In this document: positions 21,963 through 34,361 of the stretch, piece by piece
Position numbering within the stretch: the first letter of the stretch is position 1
How the letters are laid out: every line of letters begins with the position of its first letter
Assembly: GCA_052426225.1 (NCBI GenBank)
Contig: JBNJNM010000011.1
Span: forward strand, 372,001 to 436,000
Length of the DNA: 64,000 nt
Direction of reading: 5' to 3'
Source of the DNA: Zancudomyces culisetae HAW-14-8
Lineage: Eukaryota; Fungi; Kickxellomycota
Notes under the pieces: generated by a model
Seen by the model: the letters and a program-made list of their open reading frames with translations, nothing else
Database searches by the model: none
Told to the model about the DNA's origin: nothing
Made by a program: the position numbers and the translations under genes

Positions 21963-24374
21963 ATGAATAAAGCATCAAGAGTTATCAGGAAGTACGCCAT
22001 AGAAGAGCAAACGAGCATGCATAGACACACAAAGGAAGATAAAAGAGAGAGTATAACAAGAAAAACAAAAGAGGTTGGGGAGAGGGGACGAATAGTAGAT
22101 AAAATAAGGATAAAGACAGATAAAATAGTTCAAAGAATAACTCAAAAAACCAAAATAAAAAATCGAGGGTCGAGGAGAAGCAGCTTTGGTATGATATGTA
22201 GTAGTAATGTAGGAGATAGCGATGGAAGCCTAGAGATTATAGAAGTGAGTAGTAGACTTGCAAAGGATATGGAAAAAGATGGGCGAGCACACACAAGAAG
22301 AGTAAAAGATGAAAGAAGAAAAACAGACATACTTAAGCGGTATAGTACAATCTGGCGAAGAGATAGTGATGAATATAAAAAAGTAGCAACAGAGAAAAAT
22401 AGCAACAGTGCGACTGCTATGGAAGGCGAAAGCGCAAGACGAGAAAGAATGTCGCTCGGAAGGTATTTCAACAAACCTCAAGAAAAACTGAACGAGGTGG
22501 GGAGAAACCAAGGATATGATCTAAATACAGTTAAAAAACGGTGTTCAGCATTTATAGATAAATTGTTACCGACTGGTGCGGGTGAAAAAAGAGCAAGGAA
22601 GAAGGTGCATGGCAAAGAGACAGACGCTGATACAAGCATTGAGTTAGATACAAATAGAAATCCCAGGACATCCGCCAATGATGGAAAAGAGCATGCCACA
22701 GGGCTGTTTTATACCAGTGGCTATAGGGAGAATAGTGAGATTAAATCACGCGAATATGCATCAAAGCCAAAAGGTAGTGGTGGCAGTGATGACAAACAGG
22801 CTGCAATAAATCGCCATATGGTTACACAGCAGCTAAAAGTGCATGAAACCAAATACGAACGAGTAATGCGATTTGTGGTGAACCAGCAAAGGTATGTGAT
22901 TTACGATGCAAGAAAGTTTATGGAGCAAGTTGAAACACAGCGGATACAGGGTCAGGAAAGGGAAAATATGCTGGAGAGAGGAGGAGAGGAATGGTTTTTC
23001 GGTGAAAAAGAGAGCGAAAGTAGAGAAAACGAATCGTCATATGAAACGGCAAACACTACAGAAACAGCACCACTGATGGTTGGAGGAATGTTGTTGGACC
23101 GCGACTTTGCATATGAAACAGCATCGACGCTTTATGATCTTTCGCTAAATTACAAAAGCGAAAGAGGAGCGGGGAGAATGTTAAGAATAGCAAATGAAAT
23201 AAGCAGCTACAGCAGCCACAGCGGTAATAACACAAATTCATTTAATGCTGTGGTTAACCATGGTAACTGGGGTAGTGGAAGTGCAGGAGGAGGGGTTGAA
23301 AATGGAAATATCCACGGAAACTATTATGAAAATGGAATCAATACTGGAGCTAGCGGGTTCTTAGCGTCGGATGGTTTGAGTAATTTCAATGGGTTTATCT
23401 TGGGAAACACTCTTTTGACGAAAAACGACAACACTGTAGCAAAAGACAAAGGGGAAAACGAGGAAGAAAAAATTGGTGGCCGAGAAGGATATAAAGGTGG
23501 AGCAATCCATAAAAATTATGACAGTCAAGAGGATGAAGACGAAGATTTGCAACCATTGATGACGTTGAAAAAAAAGAATCCTATGAGCATGGAGCAAAAG
23601 AAAGAGTCAACTTATTCACAAAATCGTTTATTTCATTTTAACGAATTACAGTTGCGTAGTACAGATAGGTTCATAGGCCTAGGGAAAGATAACAACACAG
23701 CCGAGACCAAAAACTGGAACGAAAAGAGGCCTGAAAATAGGTTTAACGAAAGTAGCAAGGATAATAACGACTCCGTTAACTATAATGGCATTCTGGATGA
23801 GTATTACCTATCCAATGAAGAATTTCATCTGGATAAAAAGAGTGAGAGAGGTACCGGTATCGATGACGACGATGAAACTCCGCTCAACAGAATCAGGGAA
23901 AAAAAAATCCTCCGGAATAATATATATAGCTACAGTGGGGATTCTGGCAAGATAAATGCAAGCCAGGGTGGCCTGGAGATGGGGACCGGCTTACACCGAC
24001 AAAGTCAGCAGTACACAGCTGAAGCAGCACATGCGTTTAGTACTCTTGCTTGTAATACTACAAACCAATTCAACAAATCACACATTTATGACAGTAACAA
24101 TGGAAATAATGAGTGTGGCGACAGAAACAAAAACAGTAGGTTCAGTAGTGGTGTTATAATGCCATTAACAAAGCCATACTCGGTACTGGATTACAATCAA
24201 CATAAAAGACTGACTAGCAAAGACTCATTGTTGCTATTACAGCAGCGGATCGATGCAAAGACAAAGTCCCAAAACATGATGCAGAACTTGCAAAAGCAAA
24301 AAAACAATGATGTAGAGTTGATCAATAAGAAGCGATTTATGTTTAATGACTATAAATGTGTAGAAATTGCTTGA
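21963..24374 (+). CDS. Hydrophilic low-complexity hypothetical protein (~800 aa)
   Basis: 811-codon ORF (first in-frame ATG 21963) with acidic motifs DEDEDLQPL and DDDDETPL; no domain recognised. Confidence 0.7.
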   Translation: MNKASRVIRKYAIEEQTSMHRHTKEDKRESITRKTKEVGERGRIVDKIRIKTDKIVQRITQKTKIKNRGSRRSSFGMICSSNVGDSDGSLEIIEVSSRLAKDMEKDGRAHTRRVKDERRKTDILKRYSTIWRRDSDEYKKVATEKNSNSATAMEGESARRERMSLGRYFNKPQEKLNEVGRNQGYDLNTVKKRCSAFIDKLLPTGAGEKRARKKVHGKETDADTSIELDTNRNPRTSANDGKEHATGLFYTSGYRENSEIKSREYASKPKGSGGSDDKQAAINRHMVTQQLKVHETKYERVMRFVVNQQRYVIYDARKFMEQVETQRIQGQERENMLERGGEEWFFGEKESESRENESSYETANTTETAPLMVGGMLLDRDFAYETASTLYDLSLNYKSERGAGRMLRIANEISSYSSHSGNNTNSFNAVVNHGNWGSGSAGGGVENGNIHGNYYENGINTGASGFLASDGLSNFNGFILGNTLLTKNDNTVAKDKGENEEEKIGGREGYKGGAIHKNYDSQEDEDEDLQPLMTLKKKNPMSMEQKKESTYSQNRLFHFNELQLRSTDRFIGLGKDNNTAETKNWNEKRPENRFNESSKDNNDSVNYNGILDEYYLSNEEFHLDKKSERGTGIDDDDETPLNRIREKKILRNNIYSYSGDSGKINASQGGLEMGTGLHRQSQQYTAEAAHAFSTLACNTTNQFNKSHIYDSNNGNNECGDRNKNSRFSSGVIMPLTKPYSVLDYNQHKRLTSKDSLLLLQQRIDAKTKSQNMMQNLQKQKNNDVELINKKRFMFNDYKCVEIA

Positions 24375-25347
24375 TAGTATTATATACGTATATATGTATA
24401 CTTTTTTGGGGAGGGAGGGGGGTGGGTGTGTAATAGTGTATAGTAAAGCAATAAAATCTAAAGAAAATGTCTGCATACAGTTCTGGAGTTCATTGCCTCA
24501 ATTAAGATGTGGCCAATGGTAATATTAGGTCTTTTCTTGGCAGTCACATTACGAGCTTCTGGTGGTATTAAGAGACATAAAAAAATGACTAGAAGTGGGG
24601 TTTTTTTGTGAACAGTTATTGAGCCAAGAACTCTTAGCATTCGAATTATTTTAATAACTACTTTTTTTTTTACCAGTACAGTTTCATTGGTACTATTCAG
24701 TTTTTCAGCAGAATCAACGTACCTTTAATTTATTCAAATGCAAAACAGATAAGTGAATTTCTGAAAGTAAATACCGACCAATTTTAATAAAATATAAAAA
24801 AATATTGTAGGGATCAGGCGTGAAAACACTACTCCAAGTATAAAGTTGAACAGGTAATTAAAGCAGTTCGGAATTCCAAGTGGTTTAAGTGGCCAAGTTA
24901 TGGATTGAGTTTAGATTTGGTTAAAGGAAAAGTGGTTACAGCCTATTGGAACTGGCGTCAGCAATGTATATGTGTGAGATCTCAAATGTAGCTAGAACAA
25001 TACATTTGGAATTTACGTTTTGCATAATAAAACTTTTGATGTGTGCATCATTTCTTACAAATCAACTAATTTTACATGAAATGTTACAATAATAAACAAG
25101 GGAAATGAAAAAGGTCATAAAAATGTCTGAAGCTACTAGAGGTGAAAGCATTAATTAATAAATGCCCAGACAATTCACTGAGAATTCTATCTGGAATGTG
25201 CTAAAGAAAATAAAAAAAAAAAAATATTGCAATGCATGAAAATTACCAATAAAAATAAGGGAATGAGAATGAGGGAAACAAATAGGAGATTAATCAGTAC
25301 ATGATACTCTGGATACAAGAGCAGCAATAAAATAATATAAAGGACAA

Positions 25348-28269
25348 ATGCCCGCAAAAGCTCAGAAAAAGAAAAGCACAAAGAGCCAGCGCAATAAGAA
25401 AACGCACATATTGAGGCTCATAAGACGAACCCGAAGTTTATACAGCAAAAAAAGTATTCCTGGTGATCAGAAAACTAACCGGAGTGTAGATTTGGATCTG
25501 GATTTGGGTTCGGGTTTGAGTTTGGAATTTGAATTTTGCTTGAATCCACAAGAAAAGGAAGCAAGCGTCAAAAAAACTGCTGGAGATTTTTGTAGAGATT
25601 ATAGCAGTAATAGTAAAGAAACAAAGTTGGCAATAAACAAGGTGCAAATGCAGGCTGAAGGAGATGTGAAAACGGTAGGCCAGACCAGCAATAATGGCAA
25701 GTCTAAGACTGGTAAACGACAGAGAATTTTTATTAAAAAAAGTAGGGGAGATAGTGCTAACAGTACTAAGGATTTAACCGGTACTTATAGTATTGCAAGT
25801 ATAAAAGATAGAATACGGAATACACAAAAGGTCACAAAAGAGCAACAAACCGAAAGTAAAGAAAAGGAGGGGCCGAGACAAGATACACCAAACCAACTAT
25901 CTAGCGAGGCGGTAGAAAATATGGAAAAAACGGAGAAAAATAGCGAGGACAGGGTGCTGGGCGAATCAATAGAGAAAAATATAGTGGAGAAGGACGAGGG
26001 GAGCGTGAGCCGAGAAGAAAAAAGGGAGGAATTCCTCGATACCGAAGAAGAGCGTGAAAGAAGCGAGGACTTAAGGGCAAGTAGGGAAAGACAAAAAGTT
26101 CCCGAGCTCAATGCAATATATTTAAAAAAGAATTCTGATTTCCACCTGCTGTTTAAAAAAATACCAATAGACGAGCTTTTGATAGCAGATTACGGTTGTG
26201 CACTGCAACGGGAAATTCTGGCACAAGGGCGGATGTACCTTACGGAAAACTATGTGTGTTTCTATGCAAGCATTTTTGGATGGCAGACACATTTGGTGAT
26301 TCGATTTGAGGAGGTAGTATGCATTGAGAAGAAAATGGCAGCACTGATAATCCCGAATTCAATAGAAATCAGTACGCTGAACCACAAATACTTTTTTGCA
26401 TCGTTTTTGTATCGCGACACCGTTTATGCACAAATAGTGGAAATATGGGAAAAGAACAAACGAGACCGCAAGCGGCAAAAGCTACAGCTGGAAGAGACAG
26501 ACACAGATACTGAGCTCATAGACAAAGATGTAGAAATAGGAGAAGATGCTGGAAGAGGTGCAGAGAAAGACATGAGCGTGTATCGGCATCGGCGCGGAAT
26601 AAGTTCTAGCAACGGGGGTGATGCCAATCCAAGTATGTCGATATCATCGCTATTATCGATCAAAAGTCTCGAGCAAACACGCAAAAAGCTGAAGGAAAAA
26701 GCGTCGGCATCTACACGCACTTGGTTTGTTGGCGATATAGTTAAACGCAAGAGCCGTGGTGTTGCATTTGGTGACGATGCTGATGAGAGCGAGTATTCCG
26801 ATGAGCTGGCCGATTCATCTGTGCTCTCATCGTCTGCACCATCGTCCGCATTATCGTCTGCATCGCTATCTTCTAGCGAATTAGAAAACGCAGAACATCC
26901 CGAATACAATAAAGGCGAGGGCGGCTACCTCAGTGACTATAGCTATAAAGGCAGTTCCAACCCGCAAGTAAATCCAGACAGGCTTCGTCCGCAATCTCCT
27001 GTAAATCACATAGCGACATCTTCTATTTCAGCTATTGGATCACTTCCAGCTCAACCTCCTATGGCACCTACTGATGTTCCGGCCGAGCACAAGACTCCCG
27101 ATTCATATACCGTCGTGCTGGATAAAGTCTATCCGATCCACATGCCACTGCTTGCTAGCCTTGCACTATATGGTATACCAATCCCCACCGAAATTGACAC
27201 GAAATTTGGTACGCGCGGCCTTGTCAGCCCAAATGATGTTCGTGCCTTTGGCCACGATTTCCTAAGCACCTGTCTTATGAAAGACATCCATATTGGCCAA
27301 TGGTCTGCCGCTTCCAATGGTGAAATGGATGTCAAATATCTTCGTCCGCTAGGATACTCTATAGGTCCCAAATCTGCTATGACATATGAGGCCCTTTGCA
27401 TTCTTTACCTCGACTACTCCACCGCTGTTGTTGCCGAGTCGACTGTACGCACCCCTGAAGTACCTTCCGGCTCGTCGTTTGTTGTCAAAGTACGCTACTG
27501 CTTTACTTGGCAATCTCACATCTCTGCCCGCCTTGTTGTCTCCTATAGCATTGTCTGGAGCAAGTCCTCGTGGATAAAAGCTCCGGTTGAATCTGCTACT
27601 GCTGAGGGAAACAAATCTCACTATGCTGCTTTTGACTCTGCCTTAACATCCTGGCTCTCCTCCCACCCCGCTCTTGTATTCCCTCCTCCGTCTACTGTCC
27701 CCACACCACCCCAGCCCTCTGGCCTCACTCTCGAACTCCTTCTTGAAAAAAAACTTTCCCGCCCTATCTCTCCAAAGTCACTCCAAAGGTCAAAATTCTC
27801 ATCTAAACACACTCAGTCCGGACGCCCTACTTCTGCTTCTTCCGACTCCCTCTCAACTTCTATTGTATCTTTTCTTCGCGCTAGCACGCCCTCTACACTT
27901 CGCCACGTTCCCTCACCAGTCATAATCATCTACTCTTTGCTTCTCATTTACTCTTTCCTCCATTTCATTATCGTTCCGCGCCATTCTTCTCTTTTTGCCT
28001 CTCTACCCACTACTCTGACCACTACTCTGTGGGGAAACAAATTCTTTCTTGCGATCTCGCAGTATACCTCTCACAGACTGGCCACTGTCTACTCATCTTG
28101 TTCCAACTCGTATCCTTTCCCACTCTCTTTTATTGGCTCCGCGTATTGTCACTTGCTCGAATCCCCCATTGTGCTTGCCCTGGTGGTACTCTTTGACACC
28201 TTAATCTTGCTAATCTCCATATTTAATAGGTTTTCCAACTTTTTTTATGATTTCTTGTTTGTACCTTAG
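25348..28269 (+). CDS. GRAM + VASt (StART-like) membrane-anchored sterol transfer protein (Lam/Ltc/Ysp2, GRAMD1/Aster family)
   Basis: GRAM: FHLLFKKIPIDELLIADYGCALQREILAQGRMYLTENYVCFYASIFGW...EKKMAALIIPNSI...KYFFASFLYRD. VASt: TPEVPSGSSFVVKVRYCFTW...WSKSSWIKAPVE. C-terminal hydrophobic segments. Confidence 0.92.
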   Translation: MPAKAQKKKSTKSQRNKKTHILRLIRRTRSLYSKKSIPGDQKTNRSVDLDLDLGSGLSLEFEFCLNPQEKEASVKKTAGDFCRDYSSNSKETKLAINKVQMQAEGDVKTVGQTSNNGKSKTGKRQRIFIKKSRGDSANSTKDLTGTYSIASIKDRIRNTQKVTKEQQTESKEKEGPRQDTPNQLSSEAVENMEKTEKNSEDRVLGESIEKNIVEKDEGSVSREEKREEFLDTEEERERSEDLRASRERQKVPELNAIYLKKNSDFHLLFKKIPIDELLIADYGCALQREILAQGRMYLTENYVCFYASIFGWQTHLVIRFEEVVCIEKKMAALIIPNSIEISTLNHKYFFASFLYRDTVYAQIVEIWEKNKRDRKRQKLQLEETDTDTELIDKDVEIGEDAGRGAEKDMSVYRHRRGISSSNGGDANPSMSISSLLSIKSLEQTRKKLKEKASASTRTWFVGDIVKRKSRGVAFGDDADESEYSDELADSSVLSSSAPSSALSSASLSSSELENAEHPEYNKGEGGYLSDYSYKGSSNPQVNPDRLRPQSPVNHIATSSISAIGSLPAQPPMAPTDVPAEHKTPDSYTVVLDKVYPIHMPLLASLALYGIPIPTEIDTKFGTRGLVSPNDVRAFGHDFLSTCLMKDIHIGQWSAASNGEMDVKYLRPLGYSIGPKSAMTYEALCILYLDYSTAVVAESTVRTPEVPSGSSFVVKVRYCFTWQSHISARLVVSYSIVWSKSSWIKAPVESATAEGNKSHYAAFDSALTSWLSSHPALVFPPPSTVPTPPQPSGLTLELLLEKKLSRPISPKSLQRSKFSSKHTQSGRPTSASSDSLSTSIVSFLRASTPSTLRHVPSPVIIIYSLLLIYSFLHFIIVPRHSSLFASLPTTLTTTLWGNKFFLAISQYTSHRLATVYSSCSNSYPFPLSFIGSAYCHLLESPIVLALVVLFDTLILLISIFNRFSNFFYDFLFVP

Positions 28270-28694
28270 CCTATCAAATTTTTTTTTTGTAGCCTATATC
28301 TTTGTTTAGCAACTTTTTTTGAACATTTTTTTTATCAGATAGTCAATCCATCCTTCATTTTTCACGTGTGTCAAGCTCTTTTTTTCCCACCTTCTCGCAG
28401 AGATAAATGCTATGTTCGCCTATAAAACAAAGATTCGTACCTCAATAATAATTGAGCGTTTGAATAATTGACATAGGTTTTTTTTTTCGTTTCTTTTAAA
28501 TCCGGAACAAGCGACCAATTTATTTTTGCTCAAACACGTTTAATATTAGCCTGAAAAACAAAAGTAAAACAGTCTAACCCCTTAGAATATGCTTCACCGC
28601 TTATCAAGTCAATTATGCCATATATAGGTACTTTTTACCTTGTATTTCACTAAAAATACACTGTCACCTTAGTGCTACTAATAAAACAAGTAAG

Positions 28695-30008
28695 ATGTAT
28701 AACGTAGATAATCTCAAAAAGGTAATTCAGCTTTCGCCCAGAGTCTTCCAGATAAGCGGCTGCAACCCAGGTCCGTTTACTCTCCAAGGCTCCAACACGT
28801 ACCTTGTTGGCACTGGGTCGCGGCGAATTCTCATTGACACAGGCGAAGGTCAGATTTCATCCGCGAGCAACAAAGGTCGCAATTCCAATTCGCACGTTGA
28901 ATACAGAACCAATCTGAAAAACCTACTGCAACAGCAAGGTGATGCAAAAATATCGACGATTCTGATTACCCATTGGCACAATGATCATGTTGGTGGAATT
29001 CCAGACATTTTAGCAGATAATAGTATGGTAACCAGCGAAGTGAACGTCTACAAGCGGTTTGTGGATGGATACGAAGAAAAATGGGGGATTTTACCTTCCT
29101 CTGGAATCCGATGGGGATTAATTGGCGCTAATTCATCTGTGCTACAAGATTCGCTTTCAGCCGTGAAGGAAAAGAGAATCTCAAAAGCTGATGGAATGTT
29201 TATCGACAAATTTACCACTGAGGGTGCCACGCTCCTAGCAATCGATTCTTCTGGACACACACTTGATCACACCTCATTTTACCTGCTTGAAGAGCAAAGT
29301 CTATTCACTGGAGACTCGATCCTCGGCAATAGTTCAACTATTTTTGAAAATCTGCGACTGCATTTGCAGTCCCTGGCAAAGTACAAAGACTTACACGCAA
29401 TACGTGCGATATACCCAGGCCATGGCCCTTCGCTCGTAAACAGCATTGCCGAGATGCACGGGACAGAAAATATTATTCAAAGCATTGAGCGTGGAGAGGC
29501 TTCAGCTGAAAGAGCTCAAAGTAACCATAATGAATTTGCGTCATATTTGTTGCCACACTTGGGTGTCGACAATTTTGTCATATTGAATGGTCCTCGAACG
29601 CCCTCCCCCCCTTCGTCTCCATCAAACTCAGCACCACAAAATAAGTCGAAAAAGCAAAAAGTGTTTGCTGATGACTGCTTCCAAGTTGTAGATTCCAACA
29701 TATCCCATCGCATTAAACGCGAAAACGAAATCGTAGAAATTCTTTCATCTTTACCCGAATCTGTCTCTAATTCATCAGATGAAGTCCCAACTTCAAAGAC
29801 AGATTCAGAGAATAGTGGCTCTGGCTACATCAGTATCGATTATATTTTGACTAGACTTTATGACTCGACCCTACTTACAAATGAAAATCTAAAACGAGGT
29901 GCTACCCACTCAGTTCGACTCCATCTCCAAAAACTCATTGACGAGGGCCGGGTCACCAGTACTCCAGATAACATTTACTTTAAACTAGCTATATCCACCT
30001 CTTTATAG
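28695..30008 (+). CDS. Metallo-beta-lactamase fold protein, LACTB2-like
   Basis: NPGPFTLQGSNTYLVGTG.RRILIDTGEG, THWHNDHVGG (HxHxDH), GHTLDH, LFTGDSILG, IYPGHGP, C-terminal HLQKLIDEGRV. Confidence 0.92.
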   Translation: MYNVDNLKKVIQLSPRVFQISGCNPGPFTLQGSNTYLVGTGSRRILIDTGEGQISSASNKGRNSNSHVEYRTNLKNLLQQQGDAKISTILITHWHNDHVGGIPDILADNSMVTSEVNVYKRFVDGYEEKWGILPSSGIRWGLIGANSSVLQDSLSAVKEKRISKADGMFIDKFTTEGATLLAIDSSGHTLDHTSFYLLEEQSLFTGDSILGNSSTIFENLRLHLQSLAKYKDLHAIRAIYPGHGPSLVNSIAEMHGTENIIQSIERGEASAERAQSNHNEFASYLLPHLGVDNFVILNGPRTPSPPSSPSNSAPQNKSKKQKVFADDCFQVVDSNISHRIKRENEIVEILSSLPESVSNSSDEVPTSKTDSENSGSGYISIDYILTRLYDSTLLTNENLKRGATHSVRLHLQKLIDEGRVTSTPDNIYFKLAISTSL

Positions 30009-31915
30009 TTAGCTTCTTTTTCTAACAGTTGTGTTATGATGGATTTGTGTAAAATCAAGAGATATTAGTTTTGGAAATGGCTCCCTTGTACTAAAGTGTG
30101 CCGGAAATAATATGGTGAATGAATTGAAGCTGTGACGATAATGGAGCGAGTGAGAGTTTGTTATGAGATTGTGTGACGTTATTGTGGTACTACCAATCAT
30201 TTGGTTGATTTTCGGATATGATTCATTTTACCATTTGTAGGGATTTTTGTTTCGTATCTACTAACAGCAGTGGGTTCTACAGCTCAATGTGCAATAAGGT
30301 TGTGATATTGAACTTTTTTAGTAGTAAACTTTCACTTTGTGGAATCAAACCAAGAAAAATTATTGGTGTAATACTCTGTAATAGCAGGATGTTACCAGGT
30401 TGATATACAAAGGTGCTGAACAACAAAGGCAGCCAATGATACGTATTTGAGCGTTCAAACCGGTGCATTAATGAAACCAATCATTTTTACATATCCTGCT
30501 AGTATAGTTGTATAAAAATGTATTGACCAAGAACACAAATATATTGAGGTTTAGGTATTAGTATTTTTAAATTTAGAGGGTCCATTTTAGTATACAACAT
30601 TTATGCGAATCAAAAAAGTATACAGGTAAAAGCGAGTGTATACACCGTTCAATATGGTAAATCAACCAGGACGTACAGAAAATAATTTGAGAATCTTAGT
30701 CTCGGCTTATACCAAGTATTTTTCCGTTAATTAGGAAAAGGGGGGTGGAGGTAGAGGGGACAATAAAAAGTTAAAAGTAATAATATGGGCAATCAATTTA
30801 GTTTTAGCCGATAATGCCATACAAGTTGTGAGTTGTGGTTGAACCAATGAATAATGATTTGCTTTGTAAGTATCAACAATATTGATTCTGTTTTAATGTT
30901 TTTATATTTCTAACCAAAGTTATCTTTTTGCTTATGTCAATCATAAATGAAATTTTAAATCATTATTTTCCAGGTCTTTGGAATCGGAGAATTGGCGGAA
31001 GATTTTTTATTATTTGAAAAAGTGATGAATTCACACTATCCAAAGTAAAAACCAATTTATGAACCCTAGCTCCAAGAAATTAATAACCAGAGAAACCACC
31101 CGAATTAAAACTTTTTAAAGTATAGTGATGGTTTAATTCTAAAAACGAAGATCAACCAAATAAGAAATCACCAATACAAGAGATTTTGCTTCAATAAGCT
31201 CATCTAAACTCCAATAATTGCTTCAATACCGACTACCATAATTCTAGCAACTACTTTCAAATAAGTATAGTAATGCATATACCAAAAACTTTGTTTCACT
31301 ATAAATGTGATTTTTTTTAACAAACGCTCGTCTTTAACACTCCATTCTAAAAGATTTATTCAAAAAGTAATAAAAGAACAGAAGCCATGATGAGCTATTT
31401 TCCAATTACAAGCTCAATTTTTGCATGATAAAGGCTGATTTTGAGCTAAAAAAATGATTTTATTCGACTCGAATTCATGCAGGCCTTATATGGTCCTAAT
31501 GAGCAATTGTACGTCAATAAAAAAAATTAAAAAAGTTAAAAATCTACTATGTGATGTTAACACCTTATCTAATTGATTTCTCCAAATTAGCGTGTATACC
31601 ACGCAATTGATTTGTGTAACATTTTATTGTTTAACTTACAAGCCATATATAAAAGGATGATCCATACTAGTGATTAATAAATGGTAATTTAACTGGTATA
31701 TATATTAAATTTTAATCAAACAAGTAATACGAATTAAAGAATCGGTTTGCAATGGGTAAAAAAATTCATGATAGGACATACTGACCCATCTACATATGAA
31801 TTTGCTCACAGATATAAAAATTGCAAAAATCTACTAATAAGAAGAGTAAATATGAATGAATAAACGGTTTCTTAGATATATAAGTCTCATGTATGAGTAC
31901 TTTTACTATTTAAAA

Positions 31916-32146
31916 ATGAAATATTCATCATTTATATCGATATTGGCGGTTTCGCTTACTGCTCACAGCATCTTAGTTAGAGCATATTGTATTTCTGGGA
32001 CTTCGTATTGTGTAGGTGTCCAGCTAGTTGCACGGTGCGTTAACATGGAATGGACAAATATTAATTGTCGTGAGGGTTTTATATGTAAACACCCATTTAA
32101 CTGGCACGCATACTGTGGGCCTACCACTGAGAATGTTAATTTTTAG
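31916..32146 (+). CDS. Small secreted 6-Cys protein, CBM19-like (chitin-binding) pattern
   Basis: Signal peptide MKYSSFISILAVSLTAHSILVRA, then CISGTSYC-x8-C-VNMEW-x4-C-REGFIC-x9-C; 76 aa. Confidence 0.65.
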   Translation: MKYSSFISILAVSLTAHSILVRAYCISGTSYCVGVQLVARCVNMEWTNINCREGFICKHPFNWHAYCGPTTENVNF

Positions 32147-33464
32147 GGTTATTAATAAAAATGGTGTTTGTATTAGCTTTTTATGGTTTCTTATAGTCAA
32201 CACATTTAAAGGTTTTAGTTGACTAATAACACTTTCTTATCAATAAACCATGCCAATAGCAAATTAAAAGAAAAATATTAGAAAATAGTTTTGCCCACAA
32301 TTATGGATAAAAAGAATACCAGAGCATCAAATCTAGTATAACCTCAGCTCATATTTTCAACCATTATAATAATGATATCTATACATCATTTGTTAAAACT
32401 TACCTGATTTATATAAGTATTTGTTGTAGAATATCGCTAACTTGTAATGGTTTATATGTTTATACCATCTTATATACTTTTACATATCAGACTGATTTTG
32501 ATACTTTTAGAATGTATAGGTGCTTTCAATCAAAAATTTGTATATTTAAAGTAACTATTAATTCCATCTCAGATACTTCAAACTTCAACGGTTAAATACG
32601 ATTTTGGTCAACCTAAATCTTTATTGTAATATGTGTATTTTTATTCAATAAAAATTGAAAATACACATTCTACCCAATTTACTTTATAAGGAAACTAAAA
32701 AAAACACATTATACTCTTTCGCCTACTATCAAATTTAACACAATCGAAAAACATGAAATAAATGTAACAAATGCCATTTAGTAACATCTTATGATCATTG
32801 AATCATAAAATGACTTTAATTACTATTTATTAGCATTCGAACTGTGAGGTTAGGACCTAATATGTAAATTCTATACATACCCGATTTACTCTATTCAACC
32901 TAACCTATCTTATATGAATCAAATCATTCTCGGTTAAAAATAAATCAAGTATATTGTGATTGCCCTCAGGTTGAACCTGTACACTTTATTCAAGATAGGT
33001 TTGTATCCGAAAATGCTCTTAATTATTATTCGCTTATACAACCAACTTTGGTTATCTAAAAAATACGATCTACCCATATATTTTTATATCAGTCAGAAGC
33101 AAGTACAGATTAGAGGTTACATTATACCTGTTTTTTTTTCCGACGCGTATAAAATATATGTTTATATGCATAATTCATAAATTTATACTGAATTCAAAAT
33201 TATGGATATTAGCCTATCTATTTGATACAAACCATCTGTGATTTAAAAATTTTCTTATTTGCATTTCCTAATCCTTCTTACTCAAAGCTTCTATTTACAT
33301 TTTCTGGGTCCAGCTTGAAATTTTCTATTTTTACTCAGTTCACATATAAAAGACAAGATATCTGAGAAATTTCGAGCTTAGAAAATACCAGTAGCTATTA
33401 TCTTAACTATTTCAAGTAACGATAGTATTTTTTATTTGATTCTAATGTAAAGTGATCAATTAAC

Positions 33465-34361
33465 ATGCATTTAATACAAAAATATTTATATAAAAATACA
33501 CAGGTAATAATATTCCTATTATTAAGATTTGTTTTATGTATCAAACATAAAACTAATAATAAAGTTCTTCATACAAGAATGGTAAATGGCACAATCGCAA
33601 ACATCGAAGACTTTCCATATATAGTGCACACTGGGATTCTTAATAGTAATGGCGGATACAATAGTGTATGTGGAGGGTCGTTGATCTCTGATAGAATAGT
33701 AATCACTGCAGCACATTGCCTTACAAATGGTTGGACCACAATACCAGCCGACACGGATAAAATTCAGGTTAGTCCGGGCGGAATTGAAGTATTTTATTTG
33801 TCTAGAAGTTTAATTAGAGCCAGTAGTGTATATATCCACCCAGATTATGATCCGATAAGCCTTAAGCATGATATAGGAATAATTGAGCTAACAACACCCA
33901 TTAAGATTCCAACGTTAAAGTATGCAAAAATTTATTCCGGCACAATAATTGATAATATGAAGTTATTTGCGGCAGGGTGGGGAAGAACAATCGCTGAAGT
34001 CAACACGTCTTTCCCCACTTCGTTTATGCAGGTGGAAGTATACATATCCTCAGATGCCTCCTGTAAAAATTTAAATCCGGATTGGAGTGGGAATAACCAC
34101 GACCAGATTTGCAGTGTGGTTAGAAATAGCCAAGGTGTATGCAAAGGAGATTCAGGAGGACCACTAATATATAAAAACAATGAAGAAAACGCTCTTGTTG
34201 GAATCATTAGCTTCACTATGGAAAACCCCAATGATCCAAAAGCAATAAGGTGTGGGAACAACAATGATTTAATGTTTTTTACACATGTGAGTTGGTATTT
34301 TGAATGGCTATCCAGTATATTACACCGAAACATTTCTGAGTTGACTTACACCAGATTTTAG
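33465..34361 (+). CDS. Secreted S1 (trypsin/chymotrypsin-family) serine protease
   Basis: R|MVNG activation site, CGGSLI, TAAHC (His), HDIGII (Asp), CKGDSGGP (Ser); hydrophobic N-terminus. Confidence 0.95.
   Translation: MHLIQKYLYKNTQVIIFLLLRFVLCIKHKTNNKVLHTRMVNGTIANIEDFPYIVHTGILNSNGGYNSVCGGSLISDRIVITAAHCLTNGWTTIPADTDKIQVSPGGIEVFYLSRSLIRASSVYIHPDYDPISLKHDIGIIELTTPIKIPTLKYAKIYSGTIIDNMKLFAAGWGRTIAEVNTSFPTSFMQVEVYISSDASCKNLNPDWSGNNHDQICSVVRNSQGVCKGDSGGPLIYKNNEENALVGIISFTMENPNDPKAIRCGNNNDLMFFTHVSWYFEWLSSILHRNISELTYTRF

Noticed and set aside
4708-29713. Many short antisense or overlapping ORFs inside the long genes
   Set aside because: Shadow ORFs caused by codon and strand bias, with no independent motifs
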